Shown: positions 26,399 through 38,760 of the stretch, piece by piece
How positions within the stretch are numbered: the first letter of the stretch is position 1
Layout of the letters: each line of letters starts with the position of its first letter
Assembly (NCBI RefSeq): GCF_024521635.1
Contig: NW_026250423.1
Coordinates: 496,001 to 560,000, forward strand
Source: Tricharina praecox
Lineage: Eukaryota
DNA: 64,000 bases
Direction: 5' to 3'
Program-made: the position numbers and the translations under genes
The notes under the pieces: generated by a model
The model's input: the letters and a program-made list of their open reading frames with translations, nothing else
Database searches by the model: none
Told to the model about the DNA's origin: nothing

Positions 26399-27693
26399 CT
26401 TGGTGGGAGAGCCACTGCGACCATTTAAAGTTTCGTGATTCTAGCTGGAGACGCATTCAAATGGTTTGGCCGCTCGGGAAATTGGATGGGAAATATGTGA
26501 TATCATAGTAGACGAGCTCTGAGATGGTGGGGCTCTTTCAAGTCCAGTGTAGAAAATCGCAGTTGACTGGAACACAGTAAGAAGAATGGAGTACCTAGCC
26601 GAATGAGATCGTGAGCTCCCGTCGGAGGAAAAGTGGCCTCGGAATGTCAAACTTTGGACGCCCGGAGACGTTGGCATGAACATTGTTCCGCGGTGAGCGG
26701 TCGAGACCGAGTGTCGGCGGGGGCGAGGAACCATCGGCGGCACCTCAGTCTGTATGTATGTAAAGAGAGACCTCGCCGCGGATGACATAGTTGCTGTATC
26801 GAATGGATTATCTCTTTCCGTCTACGCAAATATTGCAACACGGAACTTTGGAGGAAATCACGGCCACGAGCCCAGAGGTGAAGAAGCAAACTCCAAGCGT
26901 ACCGAAGGATCGGGGAATGCAGAGGTAAATGCATCCGGATGCCTTCTGCTGATTCTGCACAACGGTAGGCAAACGTTTCGAACTGCCGAGTATATTTTGT
27001 AGCGGCACCATCCGCAGCGGGAGAGAGGGAGAGATCTTCCTGTTTTATTCCGCATGCAGCCTAGGTAGGTATCTAGACTAGGTATGGCGAACCAACGAAC
27101 TTCTTTTCCTGCCCGCCCTGGCCAGTCGAGGTGAAAGCCCCGGTACTAGCCAGCCCGATGCGGCGCTCCGCTTCAGATGCCCATCCATCCGCAGCGGGCG
27201 TCTGGTCGGCTTGTCGTCCACTGGAGGGTGCGAGTGACATCTCATGGCGACCTCCGACCGGAGCTGCAGGTGTGCGAGTGACACTTTATGGTCACGTACG
27301 ACCGGAGGCCCGGAGCTGCAGGTGTGCACAAGACCTCAACCGAACGGCGGACCACGTGCGCACACCACCACACCCCACCGGTCATCCCACCATATCTACC
27401 AGACATCTACATCATGCACATATCCAGCACGCACACCCCACCCGTTGCTTGTGCCTGACCAGTGGTGCCTGGTGCCTGGTGCCTGTCTCCCACCCGCTGC
27501 CCATCCGGCGCCGACACCACCTAGCACCAAGCACGACTCGAGACGTCAGATCTTCCGCGTCACCCAGCACGCCCACGCGCTGGAGCTAAAGCCGAACTCC
27601 CCCCATCCAGCGGAATAAATACCCCCCGGCCCCCCATTCCCCCCGGCCCCCCACCCCCTCTCCCCCCCTCCTCCCGCTCGCGGCCCCCACCGA

Positions 27694-28122
27694 ATGTTTC
27701 CCCCGCCCCCATTCCCGCCAGATACCATCTCGATGAGGAACCGCCCACCACATCCACCACGCCCACCACTCCCGCCACTCCTGCGGCTACTGGCCGCCTG
27801 CTGCTGCTTCGACCACGAACAACAATACTCCTACTCCTACTCCACCTCCGCCCCCCATACCACCCATACCGCGCTCACGCCGCCGCCGCCGCGCGCATAC
27901 GCCCACTGGGGCGCTGACTGGGGGTATGACTGGGGATGCGCTAGCCGCGACGGCATACTCACGCCGCCGCCGAGGGTGTTGTCCACCCGGAGGGCGCGGA
28001 GGGATAGGAGGGAGATGGGGGAGAGGAGTGTGCGTCGCGCTGGGAGTAGGAGTGGGAGTAGGAGTAGGAGGACGCCTAGGCTTGTGGTTTCGGAGCAGAG
28101 GGCTAGGGAGTTGAGTTGGTAA
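27694..28122 (+). CDS. Hypothetical Pro/Arg-rich protein, up to 142 aa
   Basis: ATG-initiated ORF with C-rich upstream and GT-rich downstream flanks resembling UTRs; no recognisable domain. Confidence 0.35.
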   Translation: MFPPPPFPPDTISMRNRPPHPPRPPLPPLLRLLAACCCFDHEQQYSYSYSTSAPHTTHTALTPPPPRAYAHWGADWGYDWGCASRDGILTPPPRVLSTRRARRDRREMGERSVRRAGSRSGSRSRRTPRLVVSEQRARELSW

Positions 28123-30304
28123 CTTCCATGGTAGCGGGTCGTGGGTTTTTCTTGGGGGGGTGGGGTTGTTGGTTTGTTGGTTTGGTTTGGTTTGGAGCAG
28201 TGTTTACGCTGGGGGCGGGGGCGGTGTTTGCTTTCGTTGGTGTGGGTTTGCACGATAGATTATAGAATGATAGAACGATAGATGATAGATGTGGAGATAG
28301 ATGTGGAGATGTGGAGATATCTGATAGACTATACATAATACAACCAGCGTGCTTTTGCTTTTGCTTTTACGTTTGCTGTTGCTCGTTGGATGGTTCTGAC
28401 AAAGTCTATAGTACTGAAGCTACGACGGTAATTTGGTACGCACGTTTGGGTGGAGGGAGGGATATATGTGTTCACATGATCTCGTGGTTCGTGGTCTGCA
28501 CCGGCGAGCGGTGGCCGTCAGTGGTTAGTGGAGATATCACTCACGAGGCATCACAAGGCATCACGCGGCCCGAACACGAACCATTGTTCACACATCACTC
28601 CGAAAGATGACAGCGTCACTTGGTACCGAGCCTGTTACCGAGTCCGTTAATTACCGAGCCAGTTAGTCACCGAGCCCGTTACCGGGACCGTGGACCGACG
28701 GACCGAGGGGAGCACAGACCATACGTGTCTACGTACGTACCTTTGCCATCGGTATCGGCCGACAAGCGTCCACGCGAGCGAGCTGTCCGTTCGTCAGGAT
28801 ATGACTAGTGTCAGTGACAGCGAGGCGCGGATGAGCAAGACGTACATAGTAGCAGGCTGGCAGCCTTGTTCCGTGGTCCTTGTTCCTTCGAGAGCGAGGC
28901 TTTGCGAGACTCGAGAGGAAGGCATTGGGAGGCTTTGTGAGTCGAGAGTTACAGTTGCACTAAACTCATGAGGCGTTGGGGGCCTGTGGGAGCTGCTTCG
29001 AGATGGGATTTCGGACTGTGAGACACCATTACGGTTTTGTACTGTGTAAGTACTCACTGTTATCTAGGTGAGTCGCACGTAATCTAATAGATATGAAGGA
29101 ATGGAAAATAAGTACTGCCTACCGACGGGTTGGCTGGACCAGGCCCACCATTCACGCTGTTCCCCTTCGCCCAGCCCGTGCACTGGTGGCCGTCACTCAT
29201 CTCACTCATCTGTCTTGCTCCGTAGGTATGGATGTATGGATAGGGTGTACGTGCGTTTGTATATACACTACTACTGGTACATCATACAGTTGGACTCCTC
29301 ACTCCTCCGCGCAAACAAACAAAGAAAGTAAAGTAAAACAAGATACAAATACAAATACAAATGCAATACAAAACGAAACAGGACAAAGGAAACTAAAAGT
29401 ACAGTGCCTCCTGTTCCATGCCCCCCAAACACCAGAACCAGAAACCAAAAGAAAGAGAAAAAAGCAAGATCAAAAGAAAAGAACTGGTGGGAAAAAAGAA
29501 AAAGAAAGAGCGGCTCCAACGGAATAGATGCAAGTCGAATGAGACATGCCATGTTGAACCGAACGCCGGAACGAATCGAAACGAGAAAATCAAAGCAGCA
29601 AGAAAGCAAGCAAGATCCCCGCCCCCGCCCCAGCCCCCCGTATTGCGCCCGAGAATCCAAACAGAGAACAGAGAACAAAACGAAACAGGAATGTGGATGT
29701 TTGGCCGAAGCCTTGTTATTGTGGCGAACAAGAATGTGGATGTGTGGCGGAAGTCGTGTACTCCACTCTAGATAGCAGTTGTGGCGAATGTGGATGCGCG
29801 GTACGAAGGCCGAGGATTGGAGGGATTTCTTTTCAACTGTGGCGCAGTTAAGTTCAGATCTGTTGGGACAGCGCGGAGCGCCACTTCAGATCTGCTGTTT
29901 GTTTGTCGCATCGCATCGCATCCTGGTGTCGCCCCCCGGTAACCGGTGATCGAGTTGTCTCGCTGGCTGGCTGGCTGGCTGGGTACAGAAAATGGCTCGA
30001 AGTTGCAGGGAGGGTGCGCTCCGATTCGCTGTGCAGCAGATGACTCTTCATCATCATCATCGCCGGTCGGCCATCCCGTCACAGAGCGCGTGGCAGACTG
30101 GCAAGGGCAAGGGCTGAGGGGAAAGTCCTTGCCGCCTCCCCTCCCTTCCCTTCGCTTCCCCTGCGCATTTCCTGCCGGTCGGTCGGTCGGTGTGTCGTGC
30201 CTTTCCCCTCCTTGTTCCAGCCCCCCCTTCCCCTCTTCGCCTGAATCTGGAACAGCAGCAGCAGCGCACCCACGCCTCTCTACCCAGGTAGGTAGAGTAG
30301 CTCG

Positions 30305-30595
30305 TTATTTCGCGCTCGCGACCGAAGACGACGACGAGGCCATAGAGGTATCGCTCCTCCAGCCCTCACTCTCCTGACTCGCCTCGCTAGCCCACATTTC
30401 CTCGCGCTCCTCGAGCTCCTCAAAAGAGAGCGTCTTTGTGCCGCCGCCAACGCCGCGGCGCCGATCGCACAGAAGCGTTTCGTGTCGCTGCAGCGTCGGT
30501 ATCACTCGTGTGTGGCTAAAGGCGGTGCGCCGACGTGAGGCGCCACCGCTCGCGATCGCGGGCTTGGGCGAACTCGGCGGAGAGGGCAGGTACAT
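30305..30595 (-). CDS. Hypothetical small protein, 96 aa (MYLPSPPSSPKP...)
   Basis: ATG preceded by a CA-rich leader (ACAACAAACAACC...ACGACGATG); protein-like composition (LPSPPSSP, LQRHETLL, LSFEELEERE); no known domain. Confidence 0.5.
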   Translation of the reverse strand: MYLPSPPSSPKPAIASGGASRRRTAFSHTRVIPTLQRHETLLCDRRRGVGGGTKTLSFEELEEREEMWASEASQESEGWRSDTSMASSSSSVASAK

Positions 30596-33326
30596 CGTCG
30601 TTCGGAGGATCGGTGTTGGTTGGTTGTTTGTTGTGTTTGTTGTGTAGTTTGTGTGTGTGGTGTTTTGGTTGTGTGTAGAAAGTCCGCTCGGAATATGAAG
30701 AAGAAGAATGTTGATCGTGAGCGGCGCTTGGTGCTTGAATCTCTTCGAGCGGGGGGGGAGACGGGCGAGTGGATGGTTTTGTATCCGAAGCGAGCGCCTC
30801 CTCTCGCTCAAGCCTCACCAGCCATCCTATCACGTCGGTCCAACCACAACCAGCCCCTGGGTGTGCCTGCAACAAAGGGAGAGAGACAACCGTGCAGGCC
30901 ACACCCACAGCGATGGATGGATGGATGGCAAATGGAAGGCGAGAAGCGTCATCGCATCGGGGCGGTGGCTGGAATTCCCTCCCTCATCCCTCCGCCTGCT
31001 TTCCTGTTTGTGTTTTCTTTCCCTGTTCCCAACGAGAAGAGAGCTCAGGCCTCAAAAGAAAATCCCTTCAATCGATCGCAGACTTGCCACCTCACTCCCT
31101 CATCCACGATAACTCCAGTCCAGTCCAGCCTCCGGCTCGTGTACCCCGACTTGCCCCCCGCCCTACGCATGACACGCACCCGTCGCCCGGACCAGCCAAC
31201 GCATCTCTCGCACGCGCTTGCCTGTTGGTTGCTTTCAAGTTGCAACCTGCATTACCGACAAATCATCTGCTTACTTACCGTAGCTAGCCCTTACCATCCC
31301 TCCCTCCCTCCCTTCCCTCCCTTCCTCCCCGCTTCCAGAGCTTGCTTGCCTGCCTGCCCGGTGTTAGAGTTGTTGCAGGGATGACGACGGCAGCGAGGCT
31401 GTGTTGGGTGTTGGGTGTTGGCCTATGTCTGGGCCGGTGTGACGCATCGCATCGCCGCCCCCACCCCCCAGCACGGATCACGTGTGCTGGCGCGTGCTGC
31501 GCGATGAGTCGCGCGCTGCGGATGGAGGGTGAGATCGAAGGGGGGTGGGGCGACGCGACGGACTGGGCTGTGGTGGGGTCGTGTACGGTAGGGTAGAGCT
31601 CACAGTAGTTAGGCTTCCGGACTCCAGAGTCCAGGCACCAGAGTCGAAATGGTGGTGAGCGCCGAGCGGGATGCGCATACGGTAGGTATGGTAGGTGGGT
31701 GGCGGTCCTATCATATGATCGCCTCTAGCTAGGTATTGTTTGTATGAACTATTGAGCGCATAGACTCGCCAACAGCCAGCAGCCAGCGGCCAGCTGTGCA
31801 AGTCGAAGTCGAAGTCGAAGCCCTCCACTCTTCATCCACCGAAAGCTCGACTCAACTCGACTCAACACAACGTCCTTTCACCTCCGCCTCCACGGCCGCT
31901 CCGGTTCCGCTCCGATTTCGCCTGGAAGACACTCTTGCGGTCGGACGGCGAGATTTATAGATTATTTATTTGCGGCGGTGGTGGAGGTGAGGTGAGGCGT
32001 GAGTGAGACGGTTGTATACGGTAGGTATAGGTAGGGATGACTCGTAACTGTGAGTATGAGTAACATCCCGGAGATGGGCATAACTACCTTAGGTACTCTA
32101 TCGGCTTGCGACTCTCGACTCGCGACTCTCAGGGCCGTATTTCGGGGCCATGGTTATTTCGGCAACCCCGGATATACCTAGTAGAGTAGTAGATGACGGT
32201 AGGAAGATCACAGGCTGCACTCTGCACTCAGGAACGCAGCCAGGATCCATCATCCATCATCCATCGTCCACCAATCGTTCATACATTACCGCTCCAGCCG
32301 CGCGGCTTTCAGTGACGCCAGCCTTCCTCGTGTATTGTACAGCACATGCACATGCCATCCACATATAACAAAGCTGCAAAGTGCACTCCCAAGTACTGGT
32401 CGTGACCGGTTTTACACTGCAAAGCCGTTTCAACTTTCAACAAGCATGCCAGTGGGCGCGTGTGTGCTCGTGTGGCCAGCGATGGTGTGGCTACCTGCCA
32501 GGTAGGTATGTGGCTGTGTGGTGTTGTGGCTGATCCGTGCCCATCCATGGGCCATCAATCTCCACTCTCCACTCTCCACTCTCCACTCGAAGCGGGGGAC
32601 TGGAGGCCAGTACTCCACATACTAGGTTTCTGTCCACGTTTGCTTTGCTTTTTATTGTTCTCTATACCCTGCCTTCAAATTCAAGGAGCTACAAGAGCCC
32701 AAGTACGCACTGCGGCGGGTCAGGGCACAGATCACTCGTTCCTCTGAAGTCTGTCGTGGGGGCACTGGTGGTGGTGGCCGCTGGTGTATACTTTACCGTA
32801 GAGGACAGACCGTTATGGCCGCCACCGCCGCTCTCCCTACACATCTATAGCCGGCATCGATTTGGATATCTCTACAGACTACATACAAACTCAGTCTGCC
32901 CACTGCACAGGGCGCCTTACAAACAAACAAACAAACACTGCGGGGCTCATCATCAGAAGAAGAATTGATTCATGTCATATTTCAATGTTTATAATAGAAA
33001 TCCATAGTAATAATTATATAATGAAACAAAAGGAAAACCTCCAGCAAAAACATCGACGGAGCACTAGTCGTTGGTAAACGTCATGGTGTAGTGTGGGTTT
33101 ATGTAGTTCATCGCCACGCCTATCATTCCGTTAGCATGGGCAAACATAGTAAAAGCTGGCTACTATAACCTACCTTAAAAGGCGTGGAAAGTGAAAGTGG
33201 TGGTGCGGAACGTAATTTTCCTTCCTCATTCGATGAGCCGCGATTTGGATCCGGCTGGGGAGGGAAGTAGTTCCCAGTTAAGCCAGCCCGAGGACACTGG
33301 GCAGCAAACCCAGTAGTATTTTTATC

Positions 33327-33962
33327 CTAGCAGAACACTTGAACTATAGACATATCAGATGAACCACAAATCGCTCGCGAGTCGTGACATCCTCGGGACG
33401 TATCAGATGACACCCTAAAGGTTCGCGACATCCTCGGTGAGCGGCTGTCCGGAATTCCCAACATTCTCCTGTTCCTCGGTGGGCGGCTGTTCGGAATTCT
33501 CGACATTCTCCTGTTCCTTGGTGGGCGGTAGTTCGGGATTTTCAACCTTTTCCTCTCCTTGTGGGCCGCGAAGAGCAAGAGCTCCTTCTCGATCTTCCTG
33601 ATCTGGTCCTGGACATCCTCGGTCTTCTGTTCGAGATCCCGCCGCTTCAATCGCTTGTACAGAGCACCCGTGGTGTCGTCGAGAGCAATGCATATCTTCT
33701 CCCCCATGATCCGGAGAAGCTCTGAGTTGAAAGCGTTCCAATGCAGCACCAGGCATTTCTCGGTGTCGTTGGCCTCCACCACTCCTTGTAAGTTACTTAA
33801 GACTGCCTGAAACTCATCGACGTATTCTCCAATACTCTCTTTGACCTCGGAGCCCAATCCCCGGGAGATACGGCTCTGCTGCTGAGAGACGGCGGCGAAT
33901 GCTTCTTCTTCCTCCTCGTAGCGGACAAATATGTTGTCGCTGTCGGTGTCGCTGTCGGACAT
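33327..33962 (-). CDS. Hypothetical coiled-coil protein with C-terminal 14-aa tandem repeat
   Basis: Open 211-codon frame from MSDSDTDSD; heptad-like LYKRLKRRDLEQKTEDVQDQIRKIEKEL; repeats IPNYRPPRNRRMSR / IPNSRPPRNRRMLG / IPDSRSPRMSR. The 3' end may be spliced. Confidence 0.55.
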   Translation of the reverse strand: MSDSDTDSDNIFVRYEEEEEAFAAVSQQQSRISRGLGSEVKESIGEYVDEFQAVLSNLQGVVEANDTEKCLVLHWNAFNSELLRIMGEKICIALDDTTGALYKRLKRRDLEQKTEDVQDQIRKIEKELLLFAAHKERKRLKIPNYRPPRNRRMSRIPNSRPPRNRRMLGIPDSRSPRMSRTFRVSSDTSRGCHDSRAICGSSDMSIVQVFC

Positions 33963-35399
33963 GGCCGGGGATGTCTGTTGGACTGGTGTCAGTTTAGATA
34001 CATAACTATGTCTCGCACCGGTCAGGGAGATTCGGGAGTGGAAAAGTGCCTTGCATGCTTGATGCTTGAGTCTTGACAAAGACCCAGTTCAACTAGAAGA
34101 AGGCCGAACGCATCTTTTCGTCGTATCCAGTCAGCTCACAAACTCTCTCGGAATGCCCCAAAGTAGAATCGAATCACTTACCTTTGTCACTGCGCAGCGT
34201 TGTGCGCAGACAACCGGCGAAATATTCGCAAATATGGTTGTCGCTGTTTTCCTCCCAAATGTTTGGGAGGCAAAGCGAGGCGAAACGGCATGGAAGCCGG
34301 TTGGCCATGGTGTTGATGATGTCGAAAGACAGACCGAACCGTCAGTGCCGGATTAGAAGCGCGCCGTACGTGTAGGACGGTTAGTTGTATGTGTTAGGAG
34401 ATAGTATGCCTTCGAGGGACGTTTGCTTCCTTGATAAAGGCGTCATTGGTAGCGGCTGGCCCATGAGCTACCACGTACCAGATGCCGCTGTGAAATGTGG
34501 ATGGGAAAGGGGGTGGAATGTTGTGGGAAGAAGATGAGGAGGAGAGGGAGCTTTGTTTACGCTTTTGTAGGTCTCGAGGGTGGAAATGATTGTGGGATGG
34601 AACCCGTGACATGCTTTAGGACTGAGAGTAGCATCTTGGCTGTACTCGCACGTGACTGCAAAGGAGTTGCTGCAAGGACAGACATGAGGACGGCCCAAAT
34701 GCGTTTCTGCAGTGAGATGACTGTGGAGTGTTTCCTTTACTCTATTCCAACTCAAAGAACGGAGTCTCCAGAGTGAAAATAAATACTCATGGAGAGAGTG
34801 AGCGGCCAGTCACCGAACGGGACAGCGGGCGTATGTGTGTGACGAAGTGGCTTCCATAGGTGGGTGGGTATCGACCAAGAGCTGGATCCGGCCCGACAGG
34901 ACACGAAGCCAAAATGACCTCGAAGCTACTTAGGTTCCTACCTCAATTGTGGAATTGCGCCAAGCAAGACCTTTCCGTCGTGGAGACTCGAGCTGCTTCG
35001 CCAGCTGCCGCTGCGATCATCTGGAACGTGCCCGTCGGGCTGCGGTCACATCACCCCCCGAGTCGATCACTGATTATCACTCGCTCACTCGGCCGACAAC
35101 AGTGGTTCAGTCGGATATCCGTTGCGGAGGCGTCTATTCGGTTTTGCGGGTTCGATTAGACTACTAGTAGATCACTGCGGTAGTGTTGATCGAAACATGC
35201 GCTGCCGAAGATATGTACATATGCTGACGGGATATTTCACCCCGTCGCACGCTATGTCAGGCTATATCATGCTTCGTTTCTGGTCTAATTCACTTTTAAG
35301 GAGGTCGTGGCTTTTGGTTTGCCATAGTCTAAGGGCCTAAGGCTGTATACGAAATACATTGGTAGCTCTCTCCCCATATGAATATTTACAAGCGCTCCA

Positions 35400-36430
35400 G
35401 TTCAAATGGCTCGGCGTGCTTTTGTGTTCTGAATGATGGCTCCTCAGATGTCGGTGGGCCTCTCCCAGACTTCTCTGGCGCAGTCCCGCAGTTTTTTATA
35501 TCTTCCACCACTGGGTAATCGCGAAAAGGAAAGGGTTGTCATTCATCTAGCATGATGTAAACCATTACGAGGCCAACCGAGTAGATATCGTTGGTGACCT
35601 CTCCGGAGTCCGCTCTGCCGTATGTATGTACAAGATCGTCGTTCGCGCAACTCTGCAAACATTCCGGGGCGTCCCACTGTCTTATACCGCCACGAGGCTG
35701 TCCCGAATCTCCGCTGACCTTGAGGCCACTGAATCCGAAATCCGTCACTTTGACCACGGCCCATGATATCGGCGTCAAAACCAGGCTGGCCGTCGGTTGT
35801 AACTTGCGAAGATCAGAGCGTTCTCGGGCTTGAGGTCGGCATGGTTCGAGCTCACTTAGGAGCTGCTGCAGAACTCGTGAAAATGGCTAACGGTATCGTT
35901 GCCGTTGGGCAGTTTTGTCGGAATGGAGGATATTGGATACACGCAAACGGCAGCTCGGTCTGGAGCTTGACCCACTGCAGTCATCCTCAATGCGATGACG
36001 CGGAGTTGGCTCTTGTTGAGGGTCTTGTCAGCTCGGCGGTAGTAGGAGCTCTGTCTATTCCCAGAGAGCTCGTCCGTAATTGAGGCACAGGCCGATGAGT
36101 TCTGGTCGAGTTTCGCCAGGCCAACACCCGTGTACGATCCCCAGGGCTGCTTCAGCACCGGACATGTGCGCGACTGGCTTCAAGTTTGCGGACGACTGCT
36201 GTGACCGGGCCCAACTAGTGCAAAAAATTAGTATTTGATTGGTTGCCGGTCGACCAGCCGTGCTGTGGATAACAGTCAAGGATTGCCTGACGTTGGAAGA
36301 CTTGCCTGTGGCACGGGTGTTTGTTCTGGCCACCAAGAACTGGCTAAGCCTGTCTTGACGGTATATGTCTAACTTTTGACTGGTGTAGTAGCCGAGGTCG
36401 GTCGTGAGTTTTAGGAGGATCCGCAATGGT
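35400..36430 (-). pseudogene. Protein kinase pseudogene
   Basis: Catalytic loop HADLKPENALIF (~35842-35807) lies in a different frame from VKVTDFGFSG...WDAPEC...DIYSVGLV (35778-35539); in-frame stops flank both pieces. Confidence 0.78.
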
Positions 36431-36825
36431 CGGGGATGCTAGCCCGTGCATAGATCAGCGCAGGGAGATGTGAGGACAACGGCGAGCATCTTTGGGAAGG
36501 TCGAAACAGAAACAAAAATAGTCCGTGGACCGTGGGTATGTACTCGGGTTTGGAATCGGGGTTGCGAGATGAAGAACAATCCGGCGATCCTGCTGGCGAT
36601 CTGTGCCAAGTCACGTGGAATCACGTGGGATTGCTTCTCTCAGGGACCAGGGACCATCGGTTAGCCGTTGGACAGCTCCAAGCTCGGCTGTGGAGTCTGG
36701 ATGTTTCAACACACAAATAACTACAGCCCACCGATTCGCCCGGCCGGACCGTAATCGAATCCACACTCCAAATCCACACTCCGATTCCACTTCAATTCCA
36801 CCTCTGTACATATCTCCCGCACTCG

Positions 36826-37356
36826 ATGGCTAAACCAACCGTCCCTGCCCCCACCCACCCTGACTTCGCTAGCACACCATGGGCGCACGCACTCCTCACC
36901 TTGCCCACCACCGTCCCCATCACCAACAGCATCATCCTCGAGCCGAAGCATACGCTGGGACGCGAAGACTCGCTCACGGCCGTCACGCTGCAAACCCCGT
37001 CGACGTTCCGGGCACTATCGCTGTTCCGCATTCTGCCCTGCGACGACGCCTGCCTTCTCATCTCGCTGGGCGACGGCATGAACGGCCACGAGGGGATCCT
37101 GCACGGAGGGATGGTAGCCACCATCTTGGACATTGCCGTAGCCGCCTCGGTTGATACTCTGGCTGTTACGGCGTACATAAACGTCGCTTTCAGGAGACCG
37201 GTGCCCACGCCGAGTGTCGTGCTGTGTAAGACCAAGCTGGTCAGGAAGGAGCGGAGGAAATTGTTTATCAATGCTACGTTGGAGGATGGGATCGGCGGCG
37301 TGTATTCTATGGCAGAGAGTTTGCTTATTGAGATGCGCCAGCAGGCGAAGTTGTAA
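36826..37356 (+). CDS. Hot-dog-fold thioesterase (PaaI/4HBT-like), 176 aa
   Basis: Signature LGDGMNGHEGILHGGMVATILD, TAYINVAFRRPVPTP, RRKLFINATLED; intronless ORF. Confidence 0.92.
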   Translation: MAKPTVPAPTHPDFASTPWAHALLTLPTTVPITNSIILEPKHTLGREDSLTAVTLQTPSTFRALSLFRILPCDDACLLISLGDGMNGHEGILHGGMVATILDIAVAASVDTLAVTAYINVAFRRPVPTPSVVLCKTKLVRKERRKLFINATLEDGIGGVYSMAESLLIEMRQQAKL

Positions 37357-37899
37357 AACGGTGGGAAGGACCCGAAGCTCAGTCTTTGGACAGATGTACA
37401 TACATTACAAGGCGGTTGTTGGGTCACTCGGGCCGATGTAGATTTTATGAACTGCACTGCTATCATGTGTGCAAATGGCAGTACTGGTGCTGGTGGCGTG
37501 TGTTATAGAATTTTATTTTTCTCCATGACGATCGACAATGTGGCCTGATTGAATTAATGTGGTCCAATTGAATCCTTCCCAGTATCTACATAGTCTCCCA
37601 ATCCGAGAACCTATCGAAGTATGTAACTACCACAGTACCACGGTAGCACTCATATGCGGTTTTGGGTTTGGGGAACACTTTGTCGATCAGCTTTTCTTTC
37701 TTTTCACTCTACATGATGCTCCATGTGCCCATGGGTGGTGGTGGTGGTGGTGGTGGTGATGGCTCATGGATATCTTTTGGGGACGTGAAGGAGGAGAATG
37801 GCGTGGTGGGTCTGGGGAGGAAAACCCGCAGAAGCAGAAACAGATCCCACCGTCCCTGCCTTTCATACCCCCGCCGCCCAACCCCCGGATACCATAGTT

Positions 37900-38760
37900 A
37901 ACTACCTGCGAGCTCTGCCGGCATAGGTACCTATATGATCGTTGCCCGGGGAAGGCGAAGGGGCAATTCTGAAGGACGTTGGTTAGTATAATACTGTACT
38001 GGTAGCAGATGATAGGTAATACAAAACGTTCCGGGATAGGGTGACAACGCACTGCAGTTTTTTTTCTTCCAACGGAGGAAATGGGATGCAGCTTACGGGA
38101 TGAGGAGATGGGGAAGGGGGTTGGAAACGCCACAGCCAGATATCTGTCGATGTCTCGACCTTGGAGGGTCCCAGGTTGGGTTCCGCCGTCCAGATCATGG
38201 GAGAGGGTGGTGGCCAACAAGCCTGATGCCGGCCTTGATCCGTGCAATACCAGGTATGTTGCCCAGCGCCCAGTGCCTTGCGCCTTGAGTGGATGATGCA
38301 TGATAGCCAGCCCAAAAGCGACATGCCGGACGAGATAGATATTTTCGCATGTGGAATACGGCCGAACATGCGGGTTCGTGTAGCCCGACTCGGTGGCCCA
38401 ATATCCGTCTACTTGGTATATCCGTACTGCATGGTTGACCCACGAGCCCGACTCTGGTGAAACAAATCCCGCGCTTCCCTTGGGCCGACAGAGGATCTTC
38501 ATGGGGAATACCCGATGAGAGTCCGATTCGTGGTTCCTCGCTCCGGGTAGAGTCGAATATCTATCTGCACGTCCTGGTTAAATAGACCCAACTGCAAGCC
38601 ACCATGATGCTACTGACCCGGGAATGCACCCACTCCGCTGTTGCGGGTGTTCTGTTCCAACCCTCCAGTAGTTGCTCTGCCAATCCTTCCGGTGCATGAC
38701 GTTGAACATCATGACCACATCCGGCAGATTCCGTCCAATCTCGACCGTCGCGACCTGGTC
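37900..38760 (-). other. Possible spliced hypothetical gene or relic
   Basis: Long open frame 38502-37687 and an upstream protein-like stretch with GTCAGT...CAG intron-like signals; no family recognised. Confidence 0.2.

Larger units (their letters stand above)
25444..26994 (+). repeat. ~1.5 kb segmental duplication, copy A (copy B at 42575-44057, same orientation)
   Basis: Colinear similarity from AACTCACT.GGTTTGC.CATCACGTGGG to GTTTCGAAC.GCCGAGTATA. Central ~315 bp nearly identical; flanks diverged with indels. Confidence 0.95.

Noticed and set aside
25444..26994. The two 1.5 kb direct repeats as LTRs of one 18 kb element
   Set aside because: No TG...CA ends, TSD, PBS or PPT, and the interval holds ordinary host genes with no gag/pol.
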